A DNA stretch of 64,000 nucleotides from Truepera sp. (GCA_965218435.1 CBDCKW010000009.1:3744001-3808000), one strand, 5' to 3'; positions 9,607 through 19,660 are shown, counted from the first letter of the stretch. Numbers and translations: made by a program. The notes: generated by a model from the sequence alone, not told the origin.

Positions 9607-10800
9607 TTATTCGCTGCCGCGAATTTCGCTGACGGCGTTTTGCAAGATGGTTGGAATGTCCGAGTCGGGGCTCTCGAGAATCAGCGAGAAAGCGGTCTGC
9701 ATCGGCGTCCACACTGCGCCCATCTCCGGAATGTTCGGCATCGGCTCACCATCCGCGAGCGCCTCGGCAAAACCGGCGATCACCGGGTCGTCCGACACCT
9801 GCTCAGCGGCGCTTTGCGAAGCGGGAATGCGTCCGCCCGCTTTTGATAAGCCGACCTGCGCGTCGGCCCGGATCAGCCATTTGGCGAGGTTGGCGGCCTC
9901 GAGCTTATTGTCTGAAAATTCGTTCAGGACGACGCCTTGCACGCCGATAAAACCGGGGTAGTCGGTACCATCTTTGCTCGGCGGAATCGGCATCACAGCT
10001 AAGTTGATGCCCGCAGCGAGGTAATCGGGAATCGCCCAGGGACCGTTGACAACCATTGCGGCAGCTCCCTCTAAAAACTGACCGTGCATGACGTCATAAC
10101 TCACGCCCGGCGGAATCAGGTTGGTGTCGTAACGGAGGCTGCGAACAAGTTCGGCACCCCGCACCGCCCCTTCGTTAGCGAGCCCGATGTCTGAGGGGTC
10201 GAGATTCCCCTGGGCGTCACGACCGAAGACGTAGCCGCCCGAACCCCGCATGTAACCGAAGTTGTGATAAAACGTGTCGCCGTCTTGCACCTGTAAAAAC
10301 CCGTAGGTGTCGTTAGTCGTTAATTTCCGGGCTGTAGCGATCAGTGCTTCAAAGGTGTCGGGGCCTTCGGGAACGAGGTCGCGGTTGACGATAAGCGCGG
10401 GGCCGTCTACGTACATCGGCAAGCCGTAAAGCTGACCGTTCAAGGTAAACGCGAGGCGAGACTGCTCGGTGAGGTCTTCGAGGTACTCAGGTGTAGCAAA
10501 CTGCTCCATGCTGGCGAGCACCCCGCCCTCGGCAAGCTGTCCGAGCTGGTCATGGGGGATCGTCACCACAAGGTCGGGGCCTTGACCTTCCGGGGCATTG
10601 AGGAGAAGGTTTTGTACCATTTCGTTGACCGGTACATACACGAGTTCAACTTTTGTGCCGAAAGCCGCTTGAAAAGCAGCGACTTCGCCCTCGAGCCACG
10701 CCAGACTTTCATCTTGAAAGTGCGTCCACACCGTCAGACTCTGGGCCTGCGTGACGCCCAAGGTCAGGGCGAGAGTTAAAAGAATCAGCAAACGTTTCAT
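9607..10800 (-). CDS. Sugar ABC transporter substrate-binding protein (MalE/GanS-like)
   Basis: Signal peptide; GPDL, HDQLG, NGPW, PMPNIPEMGAVW; AAGGAG SD. Confidence 0.9.
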   Translation of the reverse strand: MKRLLILLTLALTLGVTQAQSLTVWTHFQDESLAWLEGEVAAFQAAFGTKVELVYVPVNEMVQNLLLNAPEGQGPDLVVTIPHDQLGQLAEGGVLASMEQFATPEYLEDLTEQSRLAFTLNGQLYGLPMYVDGPALIVNRDLVPEGPDTFEALIATARKLTTNDTYGFLQVQDGDTFYHNFGYMRGSGGYVFGRDAQGNLDPSDIGLANEGAVRGAELVRSLRYDTNLIPPGVSYDVMHGQFLEGAAAMVVNGPWAIPDYLAAGINLAVMPIPPSKDGTDYPGFIGVQGVVLNEFSDNKLEAANLAKWLIRADAQVGLSKAGGRIPASQSAAEQVSDDPVIAGFAEALADGEPMPNIPEMGAVWTPMQTAFSLILESPDSDIPTILQNAVSEIRGSE

Positions 10801-10809
10801 AAATCTCCT

Positions 10810-11923
10810 TTATCTATGCTTAAGTGGCGCACCGAGCGCCGACAGCGAAGAGAGCGCGTTGCCTTCAAAATCGAATAAGGCTTGGTTGTCCCAGGCGTTG
10901 CCTTCTCCTGAGCGCCAACCGGCACCCTCAACCGGAATCCAGGTAGGTTCCCAGTAAAAGACGCCTAACCCCCTGCCACCGGGTACGTTTTGAACAACTT
11001 CTCTAAGGTCTCTTAAAAAGTCCGCTTGACCCGCCACGGTCGCGGGGTAACCCCCGGCAGCCTGCTGTTCGGCCCCGAAGATGTTCGGGTAGCCGTCACC
11101 ATCCTCAAGCGTAAAAGCGTAGGCCGTCTCGACGACCACCACATCTTTGTCGTAGTGCTCGCTGATGTCTGCCATATTTGCAGCGAGCTGCTCTAGGGTG
11201 CCGTGCCAGTAAGGATAAAAAGAAAGTCCGATCACGTCGAAGTCGGTAATGCCGCGCTTCGTGATCTCGCCAAACCACCAGCGGTAAAGACCGTTGTCGC
11301 CACCGTCGGCTAAATGCAACATGATCTTGACTTTAGGTCCGGCAACGTCTCTTACACCGTTTATCCCTGCACGCAAGAGCGGCGCGAGCCTATCAAACCC
11401 ACCGGAGCCTTCGCCCCAGGTTTTGCCGTCGGGCCACAACATACCGCTATTGAGCTCGTTGCCGATCTGCACCATCTCGGGTAGCGCGTGCGCCTTTTTA
11501 AGTGCTCGCATGGTCTCGGCCGTGTGGTCGTAGACGGCTTTCTCGAGCTCTGCGGGACTAAGTCCGACCCACGCCGTAGGTTTGTCTTGGCGTCCGGGGT
11601 CGGCCCAGAAGTTCGAGCTCGACAGTCTGAGAGAGATCGTTGTAACCGTCTACATCTACCGGGTCTTTCCAAATTTTAAGCCGCACGTAGTTGACGCCGT
11701 GACGCCGCAAGATGACGAGCGGGTCTTTACGTTTTCCCTTGTCGTAAAAGGTGCCGCCGTTATCTTCTACCTTTTTCAAGGTCGAGATGTCCGCTCCCCG
11801 AATCGTCTGACCGTAGGGGACATTTTGGACTGTAAGCTGTGGGATATCTGTAGCCGTCACGTCAGCGCAACCGACGAGCGTTAATAAAGTCAGTCCCATC
11901 ATGGCAACAACGATGTTCCGCAT
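10810..11923 (-). pseudogene. ganB: GH53 endo-beta-1,4-galactanase lipoprotein, disrupted by an internal deletion with frameshift near 11615
   Basis: The N-terminal ORF (lipobox LVGC, GADIS, GVNYVRLKIW, GYNDL) shifts frame into SNFWADPGRQDKP..AW, then VQIGNE, GLSFYPYWHG, VVETAY, FYWEP. The conserved segment ending DFHY is missing. Confidence 0.85.
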
Positions 11924-11925
11924 GA

Positions 11926-11976
11926 CTAGATCTCCTCACAATGCTGACCAGAGCGCGAACTTGAACCATCTATCAT
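11926..11976 (-). CDS. Possible 16-aa upstream ORF (MIDGSSSRSGQHCEEI)
   Basis: AAAAGGAG SD, ATG at 11976; the stop lies 2 nt before the GH53 ATG. Confidence 0.3.
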   Translation of the reverse strand: MIDGSSSRSGQHCEEI

Positions 11977-12036
11977 AATTTCTCCTTTTCGCCCTTTGAT
12001 GAGGGGCGTATCGTTCCAAAAGTTTGCTTCGACTCG

Positions 12037-12076
12037 AGTATAGATGTTTTTCAACGTGTAGTCAACACGCGTCGAT
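12037..12076 (-). promoter_or_regulatory. Sigma70-type promoter with overlapping LacI-type operator (GH53/ABC operon)
   Basis: TTGACT-17 nt-TATACT on the minus strand; near-palindrome TCAACACGCGTCGA at 12062-12075 overlaps the -35. Confidence 0.8.
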
Positions 12077-12083
12077 AGTTCAA

Positions 12084-14114
12084 TTATGTGATGCTCTTCT
12101 CTACCGCAATCCGCAACGTCTTAACTTCATAAGGGTGTAGCTCGAGCCCAGCACCCGCTGCCGCACGCTGATACCGCCCCAGCAAAGGCAGCGTTTGAAC
12201 TACGTCACTAAAGTTCATAATGAACACCATCTCAACGTCTTCGGCGCGCCGAACGGACACCGAAACCCCCACGGGCAGCCCCCACCGTTCAATTCCGCAA
12301 CGTTCCATCAGCTTGGCGTAAAAGTCGAACAAAAAGTCGGTGCCGAACCTCGTCGCCAGATAAAAAGCGCGCCCCGCCCCGTGTCGGTTGAGTGTCAGCG
12401 CAGGTGAACCCTTGTAGAACTCCCTAGCAAAAACTCCGAGCGGCTGAGCTGTCTCCAACCTGATGATGTCGGCTATGTGCCGGGTTTCGTAGCAGCCTGC
12501 CAGCGCAAACGCCGCGTCCGCTAGGGTTACCTCCTGGCGCTGGTTCTCGTAAAGATTATCAGTCTCCTCGACCCAAAGCCCAAGAGTACAGCGAAAGGGA
12601 TCAGGGAAGCCGCCCGGAAAGGCAAGGTCACTGTCACCCACCATTCCCGAGGTGTGCGTCGTGATGAGAGTACCCCCTGCCTGGACGAACGCCTCGAGCC
12701 GTTCAGCAACACCTGCCCGTAACATGTAGAGCATGGGCGCAATGACCACCCGGTACCCTCCAAAATTACTCTCAGAAGAGATGATATCTGTCGCCACGCC
12801 CTGCCGCCAGAGTGCTTCGTGATGCTCACGGCAGCAGGCTTGATAACCTTTCGCTTCGTTCTGCGGGAGCTGCGCATGGTTTAAGGCCCATTCGTTCTGA
12901 AAATCGTAGATGATGGCGACTTCAGCTTGAACTTCAGCGTCAACCACGTCGGCTAGTGTCTCGAGCTTGGCACCGACCTTGGCAACCTCGCGGAACACAC
13001 GTATGTCTTGTGTATTTAGGTGAGAGACAACCGCCCCGTGGTACTTCTCTTCACCGCCGCGGCTCTGCCGCCACTGAAAATATTGAACCGTGTTCGAGCC
13101 GTGGGCAACCGCCTGAAGCGAACTCAGCAGATGCATACCGGGGCGTTTTGGTCGGCTGATGCCCTGCCAGTTCGTGACCGATGGGGTTGATTCCATCAGC
13201 ATAAATGGCCCGCGTTTATAGGAGCGGTGGAGATCGTGATAAAAGGCCGTCTGTGCCGCCGTCCCCGCGTCGCCGGAAGGCTGGTGCCAACGCGGATACG
13301 AGTCCCACGAGACAATATCGATGTGTGGCGCAAACGCCCAATAGTCGAGCCCGACGTCCGGTTGCATAAAGTTCGTTGTGACGGGTACGCCAGGTGTAAT
13401 GTCACGGAGCGGCGTTGACTCGGCAATAAAAAAGTCCAGCGTTTGGTCGCTGGTAAACCGCTGCCAGTCGAGCATCAAGCCTTGAACGGACGGATCGACA
13501 GGTTTGATCTGCTCCCAAGCCGTATAGCGGTGGCTCCAGAACGTCGTCCACCAGGCGTGGTTGAGGGTCTCGAGGTCGCCGTAGCGTGCCTGCAACCAAG
13601 CTTGAAACGCTGTGTAACAAAGTGAGCAGTGACAGGCTCCGGCACCATACTCGTTGGAAACGTGCCACATTAAAAGCGCGGGGTGATCTGCGTAGCGTTC
13701 TGCTAGCAGCGTGTTGATGGTTCGGCATTTTTCTCGGTAAACCGGCGAGGTGCGGCAGTGGTTGTGCCGCCCCGCGTGCGGCGCACGAACTCCGGCGGCG
13801 TTCACCTGCCGCACTTCCGGGTAAGCCTCGGAGAGCCACACCGGACGTGCGCCGCTAGGGGTTGCCAGCAGCGCGTGGATGTCTTGCTCTGCAAGTGTAT
13901 CCATTAGCTCGTCGAGCCAGCTGAACTCATAGCGGCCTTCTTTAGGCTCGAGCTTCGACCAGGCGAAGATGCCGATGCTCAGCGCGTTAATGCCCGCAGC
14001 TTTCATCAGTTCAAAGTCAGCTTGTAAAACTTCCGGGTACTCGAGCCACTGCTCGTAGTTATAATCCGCACCGTGTAGGAGCGTAGGAAGGCGAAATGGT
14101 TTCGGGTCAGGCAT
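12084..14114 (-). CDS. GH42 beta-galactosidase
   Basis: GADYNYEQW, WHVSNEY (acid/base Glu), CHCSLC Zn motif, FMLMES (nucleophile Glu), EKYHG. Confidence 0.93.
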   Translation of the reverse strand: MPDPKPFRLPTLLHGADYNYEQWLEYPEVLQADFELMKAAGINALSIGIFAWSKLEPKEGRYEFSWLDELMDTLAEQDIHALLATPSGARPVWLSEAYPEVRQVNAAGVRAPHAGRHNHCRTSPVYREKCRTINTLLAERYADHPALLMWHVSNEYGAGACHCSLCYTAFQAWLQARYGDLETLNHAWWTTFWSHRYTAWEQIKPVDPSVQGLMLDWQRFTSDQTLDFFIAESTPLRDITPGVPVTTNFMQPDVGLDYWAFAPHIDIVSWDSYPRWHQPSGDAGTAAQTAFYHDLHRSYKRGPFMLMESTPSVTNWQGISRPKRPGMHLLSSLQAVAHGSNTVQYFQWRQSRGGEEKYHGAVVSHLNTQDIRVFREVAKVGAKLETLADVVDAEVQAEVAIIYDFQNEWALNHAQLPQNEAKGYQACCREHHEALWRQGVATDIISSESNFGGYRVVIAPMLYMLRAGVAERLEAFVQAGGTLITTHTSGMVGDSDLAFPGGFPDPFRCTLGLWVEETDNLYENQRQEVTLADAAFALAGCYETRHIADIIRLETAQPLGVFAREFYKGSPALTLNRHGAGRAFYLATRFGTDFLFDFYAKLMERCGIERWGLPVGVSVSVRRAEDVEMVFIMNFSDVVQTLPLLGRYQRAAAGAGLELHPYEVKTLRIAVEKSIT

Positions 14115-14164
14115 ATAAATAACTCCTCTGGGGTCAGTCGGGGAACTTAAAAGACTATTTGCTG

Positions 14165-14204
14165 AGCATAGAAGAGTTATGGCGTGCTGTCAACACGCGT
14201 TGAT
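14165..14204 (-). promoter_or_regulatory. Sigma70-type promoter with overlapping LacI-type operator (GH42 gene)
   Basis: TTGACA-17 nt-TATGCT on the minus strand; near-palindrome TCAACACGCGTTGA at 14190-14203 overlaps the -35. Confidence 0.8.
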
Positions 14205-14223
14205 TAATGAAACTGAGTACCGC

Positions 14224-15288
14224 TTAGCTTGTGTGTATCTTGTCGGGCTTCGAACTATGTGCCCCACATGAGTCACGAACGACCAGGTGTGTCGGCAACG
14301 TGACAAGAACCGGCGAGGACGCAACCGGCTCTACTAGCATTCTGACTGCTTGCTGCCCCAATTCTCGTTTGGGAACGTTGACCGTCGTCAGACCGGGCGA
14401 AGCAAATTCGGAAAGGTCGATATTGTCAATGCTCACGAGCGCGACATCTTCAGGAACCTTGAGCGTTTGTCGCCGAAAGCACTTCAAAATACCAAAGGCA
14501 ACCTCGTCGGTACCTGCAACTACAGCAGTGACACCTGTGGCACTAAATTGCGCCGCTGTTTGTTCAAAACCCGTATGTGCGTCGTCGGCTTCGGCAATAA
14601 ATTTCGGGCTGAGGTCGGCGTCGCTTAAGGCGGCGCGGAAACCTTGAATGCGCTGGTCTTTAGGCCCGATGTACGCCAAAGAACGATGTCCCAAGTTTAG
14701 CAGGTGGTTGGTCGCCTCTAAAGCTGCGCGGTGCCGGTCAAAGTTGACTGACGGTAAATCTTCACGCTGCCACTCGAGGCAGACAGCTCTATCTACTCGT
14801 TCGACAATCTGTTGGAAAAGCTGATCATCCGGCTCACCGTGTAATACTTGGTCAAGCGCCAGGAAGATAAGACCCGATACCTCCTGCTTATGGACAATTT
14901 GATTGAGGAGCGCCGGATTTCGGAGCGCCTCAAAGAGTCTGATAAAGCGGATGTGGTAGTTGCGCCGATGTGCCTCTTCGTGGATACCCGCCAAAATCTC
15001 CCCGTAATAGGGACGCTTAAACATGTTAACGCTGCTGATGATGACCCCGAGCTGATCGGCGGCAACCGAGTCCCACTTTTCCTGCATCAGCATTTGGGCA
15101 TGTTTGTTGGGACGGTAACCGAGTTCCTGAATTGCGTCTAAAACCCGGTTTCTTGTCTCCTCTGAGACGGACCTCGGTCCATTGTTGATGACATACGAAA
15201 CGATAGAGCGCGACACTTTAGCTAAACGCGCTACATCTGCCTGAGTAACTTGTCTTTGCCGAGTGCGTTCTGTAGGAGATGAGTTCAT
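14224..15288 (-). CDS. LacI-family transcriptional regulator
   Basis: HTH 'TQADVARLAKVSRSIVSYVIN', LGYRPN, VPEDVALV, LTTV. Confidence 0.93.
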   Translation of the reverse strand: MNSSPTERTRQRQVTQADVARLAKVSRSIVSYVINNGPRSVSEETRNRVLDAIQELGYRPNKHAQMLMQEKWDSVAADQLGVIISSVNMFKRPYYGEILAGIHEEAHRRNYHIRFIRLFEALRNPALLNQIVHKQEVSGLIFLALDQVLHGEPDDQLFQQIVERVDRAVCLEWQREDLPSVNFDRHRAALEATNHLLNLGHRSLAYIGPKDQRIQGFRAALSDADLSPKFIAEADDAHTGFEQTAAQFSATGVTAVVAGTDEVAFGILKCFRRQTLKVPEDVALVSIDNIDLSEFASPGLTTVNVPKRELGQQAVRMLVEPVASSPVLVTLPTHLVVRDSCGAHSSKPDKIHTS

Positions 15289-15470
15289 TAGAAAACAGTC
15301 TAAAATGTTTCTTCGCTGTGCCTATGAAATTGGTTTGAAAAAATGAGTGCTGAGAGATGACTTGTATGCGGTCGTTGAGCGCATTGACCGCCATAGCAAA
15401 GGTTTAAGAACGTCAAAGATATGGTTGCCCTTTTCTTGACCTCGAGACACCCGAAAGCCTTGTGTCCCTG

Positions 15471-15638
15471 CTACCGCTCGGCTTCTAAAGGCGCTTGGGC
15501 GGCGGGATCGTACGTCTCCCCGTCTTCTTCAACGACCGGATCGTCTGAAATCTCCTCGTCTATCTCCTCAACTTCTTGGTCGTCTCGTTCGTCGTCGTTT
15601 GTCCTATCTTCGTCATCTGTACGAACAGCGTCACGCAT
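15471..15638 (-). CDS. 55-aa highly acidic small protein (not in the ORF track)
   Basis: TTAGGAG SD, then ATG; MRDAVRTDDEDRTNDDERDDQEVEEIDEEISDDPVVEEDGETYDPAAQAPLEAER*. Confidence 0.65.
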   Translation of the reverse strand: MRDAVRTDDEDRTNDDERDDQEVEEIDEEISDDPVVEEDGETYDPAAQAPLEAER

Positions 15639-15777
15639 GGGTTTCTCCTAATCGCTATCTATTTTTACTCGAGCTTGATGCGCCTGGCAAAAAGTATAGC
15701 CGTTGCGCTTAAGCCTAAATCAAGTTTAGCTTAGGGGCTTGGGCCTCCCCATCGTCCGCCAGTATTTGAACCTTTGA

Positions 15778-16536
15778 CTAAAAGACGCCCTGCGCCCTGA
15801 GCAGCAGATAAAGCCCTACCGCGACAGCAGCGTAAAGGAGCCACTTACGGTATTTGGCAGCTTGGGTTCCGGCAAACGACTTCACTACGACCCGCGCCTC
15901 TTCGCTGTCGCGCCGCCTCGAGACCTTTTGTGCGCGCCGGATCGAAGCGACGCTTTTACTGACCTGCCCTTTACGGCGGTACGCCACGCCTAAATTATGG
16001 TGCGCGTTGGGGAAGCTTTCGTTCAGACGGATCGCCCGTTCGTAAAGCGCGATAGCTTCGTCCGTGCGGCCTTCCTCGAGCAGCAGATTACCTAAATTGG
16101 TCAGCGCCCGGTAGTGTTTAGGGTCAAGCTCGGCGGCGTGCTTAAAGGCGGTTTCGGCACGTCCCGTCTCGCCTAAAAAGACGTAGGCGGTGCCGCGCTG
16201 GGTTTCGTGCTCGGCCGCTAACAGGGGCGTGACGGGTTGCCCTAAGAGCGCGAGTGCTGCTTCGGCTTCACCGCGTCCCAAATGCGCCCCACTTTTTTCT
16301 AAAACTGCGACGCCTTGACGAAAAGGCCCCGGTTCAAAACCGCTTACCGGTCCCAGAGCGGAAGCGAGTTTAACCGCCTGTGGGTAACGTTTTTCGCGGA
16401 GACGCTCGAGCACCTCATCTACCCTTCGCAGGAGTGTCAGCATGTCTGGATCGGGGTCTGCCCGGGCGAGTTCAGCGGCTAGCGCACCGCTCAGCTGGCC
16501 CTCTTGCAGATAAAGCAAACTCTCTTGACGTGTCAC
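15778..16536 (-). CDS. TPR-repeat protein with C-terminal membrane anchor
   Basis: TPR motifs (ALTNLGNLL..AIALYERAIRL, AHHNLGVAY) and a C-terminal hydrophobic helix. Confidence 0.85.
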   Translation of the reverse strand: MTRQESLLYLQEGQLSGALAAELARADPDPDMLTLLRRVDEVLERLREKRYPQAVKLASALGPVSGFEPGPFRQGVAVLEKSGAHLGRGEAEAALALLGQPVTPLLAAEHETQRGTAYVFLGETGRAETAFKHAAELDPKHYRALTNLGNLLLEEGRTDEAIALYERAIRLNESFPNAHHNLGVAYRRKGQVSKSVASIRRAQKVSRRRDSEEARVVVKSFAGTQAAKYRKWLLYAAVAVGLYLLLRAQGVF

Positions 16537-16673
16537 CTCCTGAGTATAGTCCCAGGCACAGCGGGCCGGGTATAGCGGGCGCGTATTAAGGAATAAATCT
16601 CCCTTTTGCTCTCACGCACGCGCCGTATACTTAAACAGGTGAACCCCAAGGGTACACTTTTTTTGGAGGCACT

Positions 16674-18023
16674 ATGAAACGAAGGCGAACGCTCTTGGCC
16701 GTGGCGCTGCTCGGGTTGCCGCTTCTGGCAAGTGCGCAGTTCTTTAACAATTTTAGTGACGGCGGTGAGCTGTTAACCACGCCTGCAGGTCGGGCGCTGG
16801 CGCAAGTTTACGGCGCACTTAACGCCGGTTATCTCAACAAAGTAGATGACAACAAGTTGCTCGAGGGGTCAATTGACGGGATGATCAAGGCACTAGACGA
16901 CCCCTATACGAGTTACGCGCCCCCTGAACAGGCTGCGCAAGAGGTCGAAAACCGTAGCGGCTCGTTTCAAGGGATCGGCGCGACGCTGCAAGCACGAAAC
17001 CGCGAAAAGAACACCATCGTCGAGGTGATTACCGTCTACCGGGGTTCGCCCGCTGAAAAAGCCGGGGTTAAATCCGGTGACATCTTCGTTGAAATTGACG
17101 GCAAAGATGTAAGTAGTCAAACCACCGACGAGATTGTGCAAAAGGTCCGTGGTCCGGCCGGGACAAAGGTCGAGATCGGCTTTCGTCGTCACGGTCAAGC
17201 CAAACCGGTACGTCTGACGGTCACGCGCGGCAGCATTGACATCATTGACGTCGAGTCGGCGGTCTTGCCGCAAAACGTCGGTTATGTGAGCATCCGTTCG
17301 TTTGCCAACGCCAAGGTTTTTGATCAGCTCGATGCGGCGCTGAACTCGCTGAAAGCCAAGGGCGTCAGCTCGCTGATTCTCGATTTGCGCAACAACGGCG
17401 GTGGTTTGCTCGACCAGGGGATTCGCGTTGCCGACGAGTTTTTGAGCAGTGGCGATATCGTTTTCCAGCGGGCACGGGGCGTCACGCAGCGCCTCGCGGA
17501 AGCGGACCCTGCCTCGTTCAATTTGCCGATGGTGGTACTTGTCAACCGCAACTCGGCGTCGGCGTCGGAGATCGTCGCCGGGGCGCTGCAAGACAACCAC
17601 CGCGCTGAGATTGTCGGCGAGAAAACCTTCGGTAAAGGGGTCGGGCAGAGCGTGATTTCACTGCCGGACGGCGGGCAGCTTGTCTACTTGTCATTTGAAT
17701 GGCTGACGCCTGAGCGCCGCAGCATCAACAAAAAGGGCATTATCCCGGACGTCAAGGTCAACGACGCGCTCGTGCCGCAAGGAATAGCACTCGAGGGCCA
17801 AGGTGCCCAAAAAGGTCAAAAGATTGAGATTCTCGTTAACGGTAAAAAGCTGGGTAACGCCCGTATTGACGCCGACGGCAAGTTTACCTTCGTACAACCC
17901 TTTGACCGTCCGAAAGACAGCTCGGTTCAAGGCGAAGCCATTGTCAACCTCAAAAATGACCCGGCGCTGCAAACTGCCTTTAGCGAAGTCTTAAAGGTCA
18001 GCCGTCAGGTTGCCCAGCAGTAA
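16674..18023 (+). CDS. S41 family carboxyl-terminal processing protease (CtpA-like)
   Basis: Signal peptide, LDDPYT, PDZ, DLRNNGGGLL, SASASE, TFGKG. Confidence 0.92.
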   Translation: MKRRRTLLAVALLGLPLLASAQFFNNFSDGGELLTTPAGRALAQVYGALNAGYLNKVDDNKLLEGSIDGMIKALDDPYTSYAPPEQAAQEVENRSGSFQGIGATLQARNREKNTIVEVITVYRGSPAEKAGVKSGDIFVEIDGKDVSSQTTDEIVQKVRGPAGTKVEIGFRRHGQAKPVRLTVTRGSIDIIDVESAVLPQNVGYVSIRSFANAKVFDQLDAALNSLKAKGVSSLILDLRNNGGGLLDQGIRVADEFLSSGDIVFQRARGVTQRLAEADPASFNLPMVVLVNRNSASASEIVAGALQDNHRAEIVGEKTFGKGVGQSVISLPDGGQLVYLSFEWLTPERRSINKKGIIPDVKVNDALVPQGIALEGQGAQKGQKIEILVNGKKLGNARIDADGKFTFVQPFDRPKDSSVQGEAIVNLKNDPALQTAFSEVLKVSRQVAQQ

Positions 18024-18043
18024 CGCCTAGTTGTCGCTCAAAC

Positions 18044-18075
18044 CAAAGCCGGAGTGGGGTTCTACTCCGGCTTTG
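18044..18075. terminator. Bidirectional terminator between the S41 protease gene and pckA
   Basis: CAAAGCCGGAGT-N8-ACTCCGGCTTTG between convergent genes. Confidence 0.8.
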
Positions 18076-18094
18076 ACGTCTGGTCGGTTCTGAG

Positions 18095-19660
18095 TCAGCG
18101 GGGGCCAGCTTGCCGCACGTCGTCAGAGACATGATACTGAGCGAAGTTGGCCTTAAACATCGCAGCCAGTTTGTGTGCCTGGGCGTCGTACGCAGCCGGG
18201 TCGGGCCAGGTGGTTCTAGGCCTGAGTAATTCAGCCGGCACGCCGGGGCAGGCGCACGGTACCGCGACATTAAATACCGGATGGACGTCAAAGCTCGCGT
18301 CACTCAGCGCACCGGAGAGCGCGGCCTGCACCATCGTACGGGTATGGTTGAGCGCAATCCGCTGACCGACGCCGTACGGTCCCCCGCTCCAGCCGGTATT
18401 AACGAGCCACACCTCGGTGCCGTGAGCGCGCAATCTGTCGCCCAAGAGCCGCGCGTACACGTCCGGGCTGCGGGGCATAAAAGGTGCGCCGAAACAGGTG
18501 CTAAAGGTCGCGCTCGGTTCGGTAACGCCGCGTTCGGTTCCGGCGATTTTGGCCGTGTAGCCGCTTAAAAAGTGGTACATCGCGCCTTCAGGCGAGAGTT
18601 TGGCGATAGGTGGCAAGACGCCGAACGCGTCGGCGGTCAAAAAGATGACCGTACTCGGATGCCCCGCCTGTCCGCTTTCGCTGGCATTAGGAATAAATGC
18701 AAGTGGGTACGACGCGCGGGTGTTTTGGGTTTTGCGGGCATCATTAAAGTCAACGACGCGGGTGTGCGGGTCAAAAACGACGTTTTCTAAAATCGTGCCG
18801 AAGCGCCCGGTCGTCCCGTAGATTTCAGGTTCAGCCTCCGGCGTCAAGTTGACGACTTTGGCGTAGCAGCCACCCTCGAAGTTAAAAATCCCTGCCTTTG
18901 ACCAGCCGTGTTCATCGTCGCCGATAAGCGTACGCTCCGGGTCGGCGGAGAGAGTTGTTTTGCCGGTACCGGACAAGCCGAAAAAAAGTGCGCTGCACCC
19001 GTCTGCACCGACGTTGGCCGAGCAGTGCATCGGCAGCACGCCCACACCCGGAAGCGTAAAGTTTAGAACTGAAAAGATAGACTTTTTGATCTCCCCGGCG
19101 TACTCGGTTCCGCCGACGAGTACCAGTTTTTCACTGAACGATACGGCAATCACTGTTTCAGAGTGCGTTCCGTGCCTTTTGGGATCAGCCTTAAAACTCG
19201 GCAAGCAGAGTACCGAAAAGTCTGCGTCGGCGGCCTGTTCCGCGCCCTCACTGCGGATAAACATATTTTGGGCGAACAGGCTGTGCCACGCATACTCGGT
19301 CGTAATCCGGACGTGTAAACGGTGTTCGGGGTCGGCCCCGGCAGCTAAGTCTTGGGTAAAAAGTTCTTTATCTGCGGCAGCACTAACCATGTCGCACTTT
19401 AAGGTGTCGAAGTGCGCCTCGGTCAGCGGTTGATTGACCCCGCCCCAAGCCACGGCGTCTCGGGTAAGGCGGTCACGGACGATAAACCGGTCTTTGGGTG
19501 AGCGTCCGGTGAAGTAGCCGGTATCGGCGGCAAGTGCGCCGCCTGCAACCAGCGACCCTTCGCCGCGCGCTAGTGCACGTTCAACAAGAGCGGCACTGGG
19601 TAAATTGAGCTTGGTCTGCGGAAGCTGCGTGATGGGCGTGCGGGACACGGTATCGGCCAT
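18095..19660 (-). CDS. pckA: Phosphoenolpyruvate carboxykinase (ATP)
   Basis: TGRSPKD, YAGEIKK, GLSGTGKTTLS, IGDDEHGW, NFEGGCYAK, NTGWSGG. Confidence 0.97.
   Translation of the reverse strand: MADTVSRTPITQLPQTKLNLPSAALVERALARGEGSLVAGGALAADTGYFTGRSPKDRFIVRDRLTRDAVAWGGVNQPLTEAHFDTLKCDMVSAAADKELFTQDLAAGADPEHRLHVRITTEYAWHSLFAQNMFIRSEGAEQAADADFSVLCLPSFKADPKRHGTHSETVIAVSFSEKLVLVGGTEYAGEIKKSIFSVLNFTLPGVGVLPMHCSANVGADGCSALFFGLSGTGKTTLSADPERTLIGDDEHGWSKAGIFNFEGGCYAKVVNLTPEAEPEIYGTTGRFGTILENVVFDPHTRVVDFNDARKTQNTRASYPLAFIPNASESGQAGHPSTVIFLTADAFGVLPPIAKLSPEGAMYHFLSGYTAKIAGTERGVTEPSATFSTCFGAPFMPRSPDVYARLLGDRLRAHGTEVWLVNTGWSGGPYGVGQRIALNHTRTMVQAALSGALSDASFDVHPVFNVAVPCACPGVPAELLRPRTTWPDPAAYDAQAHKLAAMFKANFAQYHVSDDVRQAGPR

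Noticed and set aside
15421..15651. 76-aa Ser-rich ORF on the plus strand
   Set aside because: Antisense shadow of the acidic 55-aa gene, which has the SD.
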